From positions 453,386,947 through 453,450,946 of the forward strand of contig NC_133618.1 of assembly GCF_048593235.1 (NCBI RefSeq): 64,000 nucleotides of DNA, read 5' to 3'. The translations under genes were made by a program, and so were the position numbers. Under the pieces are notes generated by a model. That model had not been told where the DNA came from, searched no databases, and was given only the letters and a program-made list of their open reading frames with translations. This document shows, in pieces, positions 22,860-34,875 of this stretch. Numbering within the stretch: the stretch's first letter is position 1; the number at the start of each line of letters is the position of its first letter. This DNA comes from Sminthopsis crassicaudata. Its lineage: Eukaryota.

Positions 22860-24290
22860 GATTATAACCAAGAACAATTTGCTCAGCAAAACTGGGTATA
22901 ATTCTACAGGAGGAAAATTATAATTAAAAAAATACATTCGGATATTTAATGAAATAGAGGACTTTAAAGTATTTCCGATAAAAGATCAGAGGGGAACTAA
23001 AAGAGGCATATAAAAAAGTAAATGAGTGAGAAATAATAAAAAACTAAAAAGGTTAAATTGTTTACATTATTATATAAAGAGATGATACTTGTAACCTCTC
23101 AGAACTTTAGAGGTCTTAGAGGGAGTCTAACTAGAGAGCTTGGGAATGATTCTATTATGTTTAGATGATCCCAAAAAAAGAATGGAAAGATGAGAAAGAG
23201 CAATGCCCTAGACAAGGGGAAAAGGAGAATTAGAGGAAATTATTTCACATAAAAGAGGTATACAAGAAAGAATTTATACAACGGAAGGAGTAATGAGAAG
23301 GAATCAGTCAACACTTGAATTTTATGGTCATCTGACCTGGTTCAAGGAAAGAAGAATAGATATACACACATAGATAAATATAGATATTTATCCTAGTCAA
23401 AAGGAAAGTAGAAGGAAAAGGATTTAAGAGAAAAGTAGGTGGGGAATATGAAGGGAAATAGTGGTTCAGAAGTAAAACAGATTTCTAAATTATCAACAAA
23501 ATTAAAAAGTTATCTATCACAATTATCTGTACACAGTTATCTGTGCTAACTGTGAATATAAAAGGGATGAACTCATCATAAAACAGAAGAGAATATCTGA
23601 ATGAATTAGCCAACAATATCTTGTTTACAAAAATAAACTTGAAAAAGACATACATGAAGTTAAAATAAGGGATTGGAACAGATTTATTAGGTTTCAATTG
23701 GAATGGCAGGGGTAGGAATTATGATCTCAAAGAGAGACTAGCAAAAATAGACCTAATTAAGAGATAAACAGGTAAAACGCATTTTGTTAAAAGGTACATG
23801 GACAATGACATAATATCAATATTGAACATTTATATACCAAATTGCATAGCATCCAAATTCTTGAAGGAACAGTTATAGAAGGAAATAGGCAGTAAAACTA
23901 TATAATTGAGGGGGTCTTCAGTTTATGCAGCCCTAGATAAATCTAACCATAAAATAAAGAAGTTAAAAAGATGAATAGAATTTTAGAAAAGTTAAATATG
24001 ATAGATGTGTGGAGAATATCAAATGGAAATCAAGAAAGAAATATATTTGTTTCCAAATTGTACATGGTATCTTTACAAAAACTGAAGTTGTATTTAGGGC
24101 AGAATGCTCTAACAAATTCAGAAAAGCAGAAAGATTAAATGCATGTTTTTCTGATTATAATGCAATAAAAAGTAAATTCAATAAAGACCTTTGAAACAGC
24201 TTATATTAACTGGGAACCAAATAATTTAATCCTAAAGAATAGGTAGATTAAAGAAAAATCATACCTTACAATAATTTTATTAAAAATAAT
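22860..24290 (+). mobile_element. Degenerate L1: ORF1 end, spacer and ORF2 endonuclease domain
   Basis: 23700-23860 reads AGVGIMIS...KIDLIKRDK...ISILNIYIPN, matching L1 EN-domain motifs; many stops and frameshifts. Confidence 0.85.
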
Positions 24291-24294
24291 GACT

Positions 24295-24462
24295 GGGGGA
24301 GCCAGGTAGCGCAGTGGATAGAGCACCAGCCCTGAAGTCAGGAGGACCTGTGTTCAAATCTGACCTCAGACACTTAGCACTTCCTAGCCGTGTGACCCTG
24401 GGCAAGTCATTTAACCCCAATTGCCTCAGAAAAAAAATAAAAATAAAAAAAATAAAAATAAA
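24295..24462 (+). mobile_element. WSINE1-like SINE with 12-bp target-site duplication
   Basis: Intact A/B-box head (gtagcgcagtggatagagc...gttcaaatc), A-rich tail, and AAAAATAATGAC at both 24282-24293 and 24463-24474. Confidence 0.92.
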
Positions 24463-24719
24463 AAAAATAATGACAACAATAAGATAACAAAATTGTAATT
24501 AGGAAATATTTGACAAAATAAAAAATACAATAAAACGTAGATAATATTAATATGTAGGGTTTTTTTAGTCTGTCCCATAGACATCCTAATGGACAGTTTA
24601 GTAGTCCCCATTTCTGAATTTATCATCATCAGTCTATACAACATTTAGCACATGCTACTGAACACTGTTCATTAACTCCCCGATGTCAGATTGGGGTGTC
24701 ATCCAGCCTTGATTTTAGA

Positions 24720-25420
24720 GTTCCAAAGAATCTCCCCCTTCTAAAAAAAAGTCTATTAAACTCTGCATAGTTCTGCATATTGAAAAAGTTTTTTTTTTCT
24801 CACATCAAGCCTAAATTTTTCTCTTTGCACCTTGTGCTTTTTGTGAAGTCAACCAAACTTTTCAAAAATCATCTTGAATTTCTCTTGGACACAACAGCCC
24901 TTCCAATTTTTAAAGTCAGCTTTACCTGAAGCTTTTGGTTCTCCAAGCTTACCATTCCTAGTTCCTCTAATTAATTTTTATATTTCATGGACTCAAGGCC
25001 CTTCATCATTCTAGTTGCCTCTCTCTATATAATCTAGCATATCAGTGTCCTCAAATTGTGGCTCTCATCATCTAAATTTGATCTGAAAATAGCAAAGTAT
25101 ATAGGGACTACTAATACATCTTTATTCCTGAAAGCTACATTGCTTTTAATGCAGTCCAAGATCAAATTAGCTTTTTTGACTACCATATTATACTCTTGAC
25201 ATATTGAGCTTTCAGTTCAGGAAATATCCCTAGGTCTTTTTCAGACAAATTCCTAACTAACCATGCCAATCTTGTACTTGTAAAGTTGATTTTTGAACCC
25301 ATGTAAGGCTTTACATTTGTCCCTTTCACATTTCCTTGTATTAGACTTAGTCTATTGATGTAGCTTTCCAAAGTTTTTGGATGTTGACCCTGTGATCCAA
25401 TGTGTTAGATATTTCTTTAC
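24720..25420 (-). mobile_element. L3/CR1 LINE, 3' part
   Basis: Antisense L3 text (aatgcagtccaagatcaaattagc...cttgactcatattgag...ctgtgatccaatgtgttag); resumes at about 26150 after an insertion. Confidence 0.75.
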
Positions 25421-26150
25421 AGATTTTGTGTGATACACGTGTTAGAACATTGAGCCTGATGGTCTTCAGACCACCATGGTGGTCTCCCCTTAATGGAGAC
25501 TATAAGCTTATAGAACATAATTATGGAAAAATAGTGACAATATTTTTGAAGGTTAATAAAGCTGTGTCCCCAAACAATATTTTATCTACTACCAGCTTGT
25601 TTTTTCTCCCTGATAACAATCCCCAAATAATATTTCGCCCTAAAAATATTGATATGCAACTCAGCTCCAAAGGGGCTAAACAAAATCATAGTATAATAAT
25701 CTTATTTTCAGAAGAGTACTTGAAAGTACCCCCTCCCCTCCAAAAGAAATATACCTTCCTATTGAATGAATCCATGTCTCTAGACTCCCCAATACAGTAC
25801 TGCCCTTATGTGAGTTCTACTTTATGTTAGTGTATATGCATGAATTGCATTCTGGGTATTCTTTTCCTCTTTCCCTATCCCCTTTTCCTGACTGTTTGCA
25901 ATAAAGCTTTACATCGAACTGATGGCCATTGTTTTACATAGTATTTTCAGCATCAGAACTCATGAAGGGGTTGTTTTGCCCAATGTCTCTGGCTGGTCCA
26001 TAAGTCTTCCCTCAGAAACAAACTGGATAGCTGAACAAGAAGAACTTTATTGTCAGCTGCACCCACAATGGGGGAATGGGGAGCTTGTAAGTCCAAGAGT
26101 AAAAAACAAGGGTTAATAGGGGAAACTATGTCCTCCCAGGAAGGACTCTC
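25420..26150. other. ~0.7-kb unidentified insertion splitting the L3 (LTR-like in part)
   Basis: L3 colinearity breaks at about 25420 and resumes at about 26150; the insert has aataaa at about 25900 after a pyrimidine-rich stretch; no PBS or clear TG..CA ends resolved. Confidence 0.4.
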
Positions 26151-26830
26151 TTATTCCAGAAGAATATCACAAAACATGCCATTTGTATCTTCATATAAGA
26201 TCTTGATAAATATGTTAAATAGAACAGTACCAAGTATTGATCCCTGGGGCACACCCCTAGAGAGCTTCCAAGTTGACATCAGTGCATTAATGACCATTCT
26301 TTGAGTCATTCAACCAGTTTTGAATCCATCTAATTATTTTATCTTCTAGTCCATGTTTCTCCATCCTTTCCACAAGAATAGCATGAGAATGCTTTATCAA
26401 ACACTTTGTTAAATTATGAGCAAATTATAACCATACTATTCCTCTGACTGATTCATTTAGTGACCCTATCAGAAAAGAAAATTTTTTTTATGAAGCTATG
26501 CTGGCTTTTAGTGTTCACTGCTTCCTTTTCCAAATGTTTATGGCCAAATGGTTTATGGCCAAATATTTATTTGTATTAACCTATTCTAGAATCAAAGTGA
26601 AACTCATTGTTCTAGAGTATGCAGATTCTTTTCTCTTTCCCTTTTTGAAAATTAGAATATTTGCTTCTTACCTCATTCTTCTCCCATTCTCCATGATCTG
26701 TTTAGTATGACTGATGGTGTCTCAGCAATCATATCCACCAGTACATTTATATATGTAAATGTAATTGAATTGGTCTAGCTAACTTGAATTCATCAAAGAC
26801 AACTAGGTGCTCCCTTACCATTTGCCGCAG
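26150..26830 (-). mobile_element. L3/CR1 LINE reverse-transcriptase region
   Basis: Reverse complement of about 26190-26260 translates to [19 protein letters not shown], the CR1-clade RT motif GVPQGSVLGP.LFNIFI. Confidence 0.9.
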
Positions 26831-27075
26831 CTCAGAAGGGTGATGTACTGAGAAAAGTGCTGAGCTTGGAGTCAAGAAGACTGAGTTCAGAACAAGCTTC
26901 AGACATTTATTAGCTTCGAGCTTATATGATTCAGTTTCCTCAACGGTTAAACAAGGATAACAATAGCAATATTATTTAATCTTTACAACAATCTATCCAT
27001 AGGATTGTTGTGAGGATTAAATATTATTTTCAAAGTTCTTAGCCAGTGCCTGGAATATAATAACTGCTTAACAAA
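26830..27075 (+). mobile_element. MIR SINE
   Basis: gaaaagtgctgagcttggagtcaagaagactgagttc...cagtttcctcaac...ggattgttgtgaggattaaat...cttagccagtgcctgg. Confidence 0.75.
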
Positions 27076-28875
27076 TTCAATTCACTTGAGATAATTGTAA
27101 TAACATGATATATATCCAAAATCTTTAATTCCCATTGAGTTCTGTCATCTACAATTCCGAGATTCTTCTCCTTGCCAAAGAAGTCAAATAAAGAAAGACT
27201 TGAGTAGCTCTTTCTTCTTTTCCTGGCCAGTTACCATCAGTCCAACCTCCTCAAGCATCAGTTTTTGATTCTCCTCTTTTCCTCAATAAAGCATAAAATA
27301 ATATTTTATTATATATACATAATATATAATGATAATACATATTTATATATTATTTATACATTATAATATGCAAAATATAAAAAAATATTGCCCTTAGCTT
27401 TTCTACCAGTTTCAACTTATTGTAACCTTTGACATTTTTTACCCTTTTCTTATCTTCTTATATCACTATGCTATGGTTTTGTATTAGTTTTCTGAACCCT
27501 ACACATATCTTTTAAAAATCCAAATTGGTTAATGATATGTATCCATATTAGGGAAAATTCCATTTTATTCCTCATAGGAATCTTCAGAATTCCCTTCAGA
27601 ATATCTCTACTCTCCCCTAAATGGACTTCCTCACTAGAATTATTAGCCTATGGGCTCATAGAACCATAATGAGAATTGGAAGGTACCTTTTAAACCAACT
27701 AATAAAGCATCCTTATTCTACGGGTGAGGAAGTGAAGGGACTTGCCCACAATCTGGATTTGAACACAGGTCTTCTCATTCCAAATTCAGAACCCTTTTAA
27801 CTGGACCATGTGGCCAATTCAGTCCTGCCTGTTCTTCCTTTCCTTTCTGACGACTCCTCCTGTTTAGCCAGAGTCCTGATAGGGACCTTAGAATAAGAAT
27901 ATTAGTAATCTTACAGATGGAGACGCTGAACTCAGAGAGAGGAAGAGAGCTGACAAAAATTCATGGTGAATTAGCAGCAGAACTGAGACTTCAGACTCTA
28001 AATGCTGCTTTCCATTACCCCATTCAGATAAGAAGTGCCAGGAAAGCCACCTTGGTCAAAAATTGTTAAATACACAAGGACAAGGGAGGGTCTGTGACCT
28101 CTCTGATCAGACTTACCTTAGCTAGGCCCCTATAGTCAAAAAGTCACACCAAATGACCAAAGGACAGAGGTTAGGGATCAGATCAGAAAGAAGAGATAGA
28201 GCAGGAAGGTGGTCCAGAGGCCAAACAGACCCCTGATGATCCATTCTGATATCAGCATCTAACACCCATAATAGACTCAATTCTGCCTCAGTTTCTCTGC
28301 TCAAACCAATTAGCATCCATGGGGTATTTTCTTCCCCTTTTTCTTTCTCTCAAAATCCTTCAAGGTTCAGATCAAGAATCTGCTCCTCTCTACCACAAAG
28401 CCTATCCTGACTACCACTAGACCAAGGAGATGTAAATGTTCTTTTGAATCACAGCCCTTCTTAATTGTACCACCTTTGGACAATTAATATTGCCCTCTGA
28501 CACTTCTTGCTTGTTATATTTAAATGTTCACGTGAAATCTTGTCTCCTCAGCTGGACCGTGAGCTTGTGAGGGCAGAAGCAGCTGTCCTTCACTAAATAG
28601 CCCACAGTGTTTGGAATGGGTCCAGACATCAAGTGGCTCCATCTACATGAGTCACTTGGCAGAGAAGGGAGCATGGGATAGTCAAAGAATCAGTGGCTAG
28701 GTTGGACCAGTTCAAATCTCACCCTTGTTACTTATGACCTATGTGATCTATGGCAAATCAGTTATTTTCTTTTGAACTCAATTTTCTCACTTGTAAAGTA
28801 TAGAAGAGAATGCTTCCAAGATCTTTCTGTCTATAATCTGTAATCATATGATTGATGAAAAATATGCAATTCTTT

Positions 28876-29109
28876 TGTTATTTATATGTTTAAAATGAAT
28901 AAGATGATAGATCTGGAAAATATCTTGGAATTTAGAATACAAAATATCAGAGTTAGAAAGGACTTCAGAACATTGATTGTCAGGGTTGAACCTATTATTC
29001 ATATATTTAAAATTCATAGGATGACAGATCTGTAAAATATCTTGGAATTTAGGACACAGAATATCAGAGCTAGAAGGGACCTCAGAACGTTGATTATCAG
29101 GGTTGGAAG
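28876..29109 (+). repeat. Tandem duplication, 2 x 117 bp
   Basis: gatgatagatctggaaaatatcttggaatttag...cagggttg at 28903 recurs as gatgacagatctgtaaaatatcttggaatttag...cagggttg at 29020. Confidence 0.9.
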
Positions 29110-29384
29110 CCTCTTCAAAATACAGAACGATAGAGGGAATCTTAGAGATCACTTAATCCAACCTGCTCATTTTACAAATGCCACAAGTGTAAGCTGCTTT
29201 AATGGGTACACCATATGACCTATGTGGACCTGTAGCACTAGAAGCTCACATGAGCTCACGTCTTGCTTTCCTTAAATCCATAGAAAGACAGGGAGCACAT
29301 TTTCTATTTCTTAATCAGAAAAAGAGGGTAATATGATGCTATACTAAGACACTAACTCAGTGGTACCATCAAAGTCTCCCTGAC

Positions 29385-29386
<2 letters not shown>

Positions 29387-29434
<48 letters not shown>
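29387..29434. repeat. (GT)n microsatellite
   Basis: Pure GT run of about 24 units. Confidence 0.98.
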
Positions 29435-29439
<5 letters not shown>

Positions 29440-30297
29440 CTCTCAGTATGAAGGCACAAACTGTCCACTCCAAAACTATGCTGCTTCAAATGAGCAGAGA
29501 AGCAAGAAAACCTTACTGATAAGGTTCTGAATCTAGTATAGGACTTATTAAATATGTAAAAATATAAAATTAACCTCTATGGCTCCACTCACACCTGGAA
29601 AATTTCCTAGCTCAATCTCAATGGATTTAATCCATATAACTCAGAGGAACAACGTTCTGTAGTCTCTCAGGCTACTCTATTAGGGAGAAAATGAAAAAGA
29701 AATAAATCAGATCCTTGAATTGTAACTATCAGCTGCCTTGCCCCTGCAAATCCTCCCATCTGCCTGAAGTCATAGGAAAGGCCTAAGAGAAGAAATTCAT
29801 GTTTTCCTGGATCCTGGTCCCTAGAGTTTAAGCTGAGAGAACAGCAGTGCCCAGAAGAAAGCCCATTTCCCATTCATGCTCCACAATAAGTGGCAGTCCC
29901 GGAACTCTATAATCTACTTCAGTGAAGCTCACCAAAATAACAATGAGAGATGGATCTCATCTCTCCCATTTTGCTGTGTTTGATCCCCACAGGTGGAGGG
30001 GCTCTGGCAGCACTCCTTGGTAACCCAAGCAGCCCTATTCTCCAAGCCAACAGCACCTTACCCACATTTCAGACAGTTAGTCTAGCATAGAGAGCCCATA
30101 AGTCTGATTCTTAAGCTCAATGCCTACTTGTCTCACATAGCAAGCAAAGATTCTCATTTCTATCTACCCAGATCATCACCTTCTTACCTCTCACCATCAC
30201 TATCTTCCACCTCCTCAGAACAACACACCCTTTCCTGCTGACCACTTCCTTATATCGCTGTCTTCTCTCATTAGCATATAAGCTTCTTGAGAAAGAG

Positions 30298-31120
30298 GCA
30301 GTCTCTACTGATGCATTGTTGGTGGAACTGCGAATACATCCAGCCATTCTGGAGAGCAATTTGGAACTATGCCCAAAAAGTTATCAAACTGTGCATATGC
30401 TTTGATCCAGCAGTACTACTACTGGGCTTATATCCCAAGGAGATCTTAAAGGAAAGGGAGCTGTATGTGCAAGAATGTTTGCGGCAGCCCTCTTTGTAGT
30501 GGCCAGAAATTGGAAACTACATGGATGCCCATCAACTGGAGATTGGCTGAATAAATTGTGGTATATGAATGTTATGGAATATTATTGTTCTGTAGGAAAT
30601 GACCAGCAGGACGATTTCAGAAAGGCTTGGAGAGATTTACATGAACTGATGCTGAGTGAAATGAGCAGGACCAGGAGATCATTATATACTTCAACAACAA
30701 TACTATATGATGATCAATTCTGATGGACGTGGCCCTCTTCAACAAGGAGATGAACCAAATCAGTTCCAATGGAGCAGTAATGAACTGAACCAGCTACACC
30801 CAGTGAAAAAACTCTGGGAATGAGTATGAACCACTACATAGAATTTCCAATCCCTCTAATTTTGTCCGCCTGCATTTTGGATTTCCTTCACAGGCTAATT
30901 GTACACTATTTCAAAGTCCGATTCTTTTTGTACAGCAAAACAACTATTTGGTCATGTATACATATATTGTATTTAATTTATACTTTAACATATTTAATAT
31001 GTATTAGTCAACCTGCCATCTGGGGGGGGAGAAGAAGGGGAACAATTAGAACAAAAGGTTTGGCAATTGTCAATGTTGTAAAATTGCCCATGCATACATC
31101 TGGTAAATAAAAACTATTAA
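30298..31120 (+). mobile_element. Relatively young 5'-truncated L1 (ORF2 C-terminus plus 3' UTR), inserted after an L2 tail
   Basis: ORFs 30287..30499 and 30475..30723 give LLMHCWWNCEYIQPFWRAIW...FDPAVLLLGLYPKE and MFAAALFVVARNWKL..CPSTGDWLNKLWYMNVMEYY; several CpGs retained; tail taaataaaaactattaaaataaaaaaa. Confidence 0.95.
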
Positions 31121-32894
31121 AATAAAAAAAATCCCCATGATCATCATTATCATTATCCTCCAGGCCAAAGGACAGAATCTTAACAATACTTACAATAAAT
31201 AAGAGGTCAATGTGTATAGCACCAGTTCTATATAGATGAGGAAACAGGCCAGAGAAATGACTTTTACTACCCCAAGGTCAATTTGAAATATTGGTCACTA
31301 ACAATTTTGTTCACTAATTAATGTCTCAGTCCCTTATTAGAAGAACTGCTCATTTTCCTTGCTGGTTTCCTTTACTATAAATGGCTATTTCTCGCTCTCT
31401 ACCTCTCATTCTTGGTTCCTTTCCCATGATCCCCTCTGTGTCCTAGTGTCTCTTTACTCCCTTCGCACTCATAGGGAGTGTCCCTGTTTTTCATTAAAGT
31501 GACGCTGGATATTTTTGTCTCTCTTAGTACCATATTCTCTTGCCAATAAATAGTTTCAAATAGAAAAAATATGTCCAAAATTAAACTGGAAAATAGAAAA
31601 TAAATATGAAAATGGGTTGTTCTTCTTAAAGATGGGAGAGAAAACCTTTGATGCTCTTTCTCAACATACCTCAAAACCCAATTGAACTATTTGCTTTTTA
31701 CATAGATTTGTTCATTTTGAGGTGATTTTGCATCCAAGTACCAAGTGTTCCTAGATCTACTACATACATTATCCAATTAATAAGTATTTTGCAAAACCCA
31801 ATGACATTAATTTTCAATTATTTAACTTTTTAATTTTCTTTTGAGGTAGTTTATATCAATTCTTGTTATAAAGATGGGTGAAGTAAAGCTCAAAGATAAC
31901 ATTAATTCAATGAGGAAGTAATCTGCACAAAGTGATTTTATAGTTATCCCAAGCTAAAAAATATCTCCCATAACTGTCTTGAATTCTACTGGTAGAGCTT
32001 CATGGTATTTGTTCTCCTTCCCCTCTTAAACAGCAAAGCCCAGAAAAAGCAAAGTTATAAAATATAGAATAGTAGAACTAGAATATTCCTTAAAACAGAA
32101 TAGCAGAGGTCAAAGGTCTCAGGCAACTTGAATTGGAAGGGACCTAAAGACATAAAATTTTTAAAAATTAAATGCTTTATTAAAACTTAATGGTAAACAT
32201 CAATACTGCTAATTATAATTGCTTATTACTTTATATTTAATACATAATTTCAATACATTTCATTTCAGTATATAAAGTACCATAACAACTTTAAAAATCT
32301 TTGCTGTCCATTCATTCTCAGTCACTTCTCCTTTTATAATAGCTATATTTATAGTATTTTCTACTCTTTTTATTCTAATTTTTCTTTTTTTGTATTATTT
32401 TATAGGTTCGTAGAGTCATACGACCATATAAGTAGAGCTATTGTCCAATATCCACACTTGACAGTTGAAGAAACTTAAATAACAACCATAATCACTTCCT
32501 AGGATTTGGACCCAGAGAGCTTTGGATTTAAATCCTCTGAGTCCAGAGACAGTGCTCCTTCCTTTTCATATTCCTCATCCTTGCTGATACCAAAAAAATT
32601 AGAATATTTCATTACACTAATGCACAATAATTTATTTTTCTCACTTAATAGTAATTTTTTTTCCAATTACATGTAAAGATAGTTTTCAACATTCACTTTC
32701 ATAAGGTTTTGAATTCCAAGTTCCCTCCCTCCCCCAAACTCGAGATGACAAACAATCTGATATAGGTTATACATGTACATTCATATTAAACATATTTCTA
32801 AATTAGTCACATTGTAAAACAATTTATTTAACTATTATCCTCTTCATGGAACCTTAGAATGGTTTCAGTTTTGCTAAAATTACATTTAATGAGG

Positions 32895-33120
32895 ATAGGT
32901 GGCACAGTGAAGCCCTGAGCCTGGAGTCAGGAAGACAAGTTCAAATCCAATCTTAGACACTTACAGCCTAAGCAAGTCACTTAATCTGTTTGCCTTAGTT
33001 TTTCCCAATAAAATGAGGATCATAATAGTACCTACCTCCCAGGAGTGATGTGAGGATGAACTGAGATAATATTTGTAAAGTGCTTAGCCTATAATAAATG
33101 CTTAATAAACACTTATTCTT
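32895..33120 (+). mobile_element. MIR/MAR-family SINE
   Basis: taggtggcacagtg...ggagtcaggaagacaagttcaaatcc...aaaatgaggatcataatagtacctacctcccagg...aaagtgcttag. Confidence 0.8.
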
Positions 33121-33869
33121 ATAAAGATCGTTGAAAAGGGATTTGTTTTTGTTGTATTTTTTATAGTGTTTTCAAGCTACATTTCCAACTTTGGAATTGC
33201 TGGTTAAAGTGCATGTTTTTTGGTACCTTGATGCATGCTGGACATTGCTTTCTGAAAAAAAAAAAAAACTACAAAGAATGCAATTCCACCAGCAATGAAT
33301 AAGTGTGTTTCTCTACAACTTTGCCCACAATGAATTTTAGCACTTTTGTTTTCGTCAATTTTATAGGTCTCAAGTAACATCTTAAGGCAAGGATGTTAGA
33401 ACGTGGGGATCAGTAAGTCCTCATTTTATAAGTGGAAATGGAAGCCTAACGAGTGAGTTAGTGAGAATTCAGACACAGGATCTGAATTCAAGTCTGTCCT
33501 AACTCCAGGTTCAGCACTCTATCCAGTGTACGCCATAGCCTCTCTATTCCACAAACTTGAACTTGTATCCCATGTTTACACTGAGCCTCTTGGCACTGTG
33601 TCTAGGGCACACTAAAATGGTGGAGTCCTTCCTAAGCAGGGTCTCAACTCTTACATGTGCACCCTGACATTCACAGCCAGCTGGGCCAACAGGTGGTCCT
33701 TGGAGGAAATCCAGATATGCACACATGTTACTGATCCAGATCACCTACCATATATTACAGTATATAATTCAGCCTTTGAAGGTATAAGTCAATTTTCCCC
33801 CAAAACTGAGGGACACAGTGGAATATGCCTGGACATAGTGGAAACTCCTATTCTTTTGTAGCTTTTTTC

Positions 33870-34115
33870 ATTTTGTTCTTATTCAGTCAGGCTACACGCT
33901 TTGGGACTCTGTGGATCAAATTGTCCCTAGGGCTTTCCTGACAAAGATACTGGAGTGGTTTTGCCATTTTCCTCTCCAGTGCATTAAGGCAAGCAGAGGG
34001 TAAGTGATTTGCCCAGGATCATGTACTTAGTAAGTGTCTGAGGGAACATTTGAATTTAGATCTTCCTGACTCCAGACCCAGAGCTCTAGCTACTGTGCCA
34101 TCCAGCTGCCTCCTT
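33870..34115 (-). mobile_element. MAR1-type SINE
   Basis: gatactggagtggttttgccattttc...taagtgatttgcccaggatc...catttgaatttagatcttcctgactccag...ctactgtgccatccagctgcc. Confidence 0.8.
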
Positions 34116-34148
34116 GCCCTTTAGGGCCACCTAATAAATACCTGTACT

Positions 34149-34283
34149 TGACTCTCTGCTACCTCTCGACCTGTAGCCATAGTATGATACATCTCCACAC
34201 TAGCAGAAACCAATCGAGCACCCTTCGACCTAACCGAAGGAGAATCCGAACTAGTATCAGGCTTCAACGTAGAATATGCAGCC
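34149..34283 (+). pseudogene. MT-ND1: NUMT: nuclear copy of a mitochondrial ND1 fragment
   Basis: In the vertebrate mitochondrial code, the frame from 34149 reads [45 protein letters not shown], containing the invariant ND1 motif [27 protein letters not shown]; TGA used as Trp at 34185. Confidence 0.97.
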
Positions 34284-34429
34284 TGGGTTGCTTGGATGCC
34301 TGCACAGTGAGAGGCTCAGTGATTGCCTTCAAGGAGGAGCCAGTTAAACAATTTACCCGGGGGAGGGAAAGGAGAAAATAAGCATCCACTTAGTGCCAAT
34401 GATGTGCCAGGCATTGTACTAAGCCCTCT

Positions 34430-34875
34430 TTTTTATTTTACTTTTATTTCATTTTTTTGTTCTTGGTTCTGTTGTTCTTTTTTATTCAAGTTTTTTTTTT
34501 TTATTTTCAAAATATATACATGGATAATTTTCAACATTCATCCCTAAGAAACCTTGTGCTCTCATTTTTCCCCCTTCCTCCCCTCACCACCTCCCCCAGT
34601 CAGCAAGTGATCCAATATATGTTGAACGTGCAATTTCTCTATACATATTTCTACAAGTGTCGTGCTGCTCCAGAAAGATCGGATCAAAAAAGGAAAAAAA
34701 CGAGAAAGAAAACAAAATGCAAGCAAACAACAACAAAGAGAAAATGCTATGTTTCGGTCCACACTCAGTTCTCACTGTCCTTTCTCTGAGGGCCGACGGC
34801 TTTTTTCATCCCAAGACCATTGGATCTGGTCTGAATCACCTCATTGTTGATGAGAGCCGCGTCCATCAGAATTAT
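34430..34875 (-). mobile_element. L1 3' UTR nested in a MIR (MIR parts about 34375-34430 and 34875-35040)
   Basis: Poly-T, then antisense L1 3' UTR (gatcggatcaaaaaagg...aatgcaagcaaacaacaac...ccacactcagttc); MIR text is continuous across the insertion. Confidence 0.8.

Noticed and set aside
24295-24370. tRNA gene
   Set aside because: The A/B boxes belong to a tRNA-derived SINE head followed by SINE body and A-tail; no cloverleaf.
30287-30723. L1-like ORFs as an active element
   Set aside because: 5'-truncated and frameshifted; no L1 in the window has intact ORF1/ORF2.
34148-34381. 77-aa ORF in the track as a novel gene
   Set aside because: It is an off-frame reading of the ND1 NUMT; the meaningful frame starts one base later and uses the mitochondrial code.
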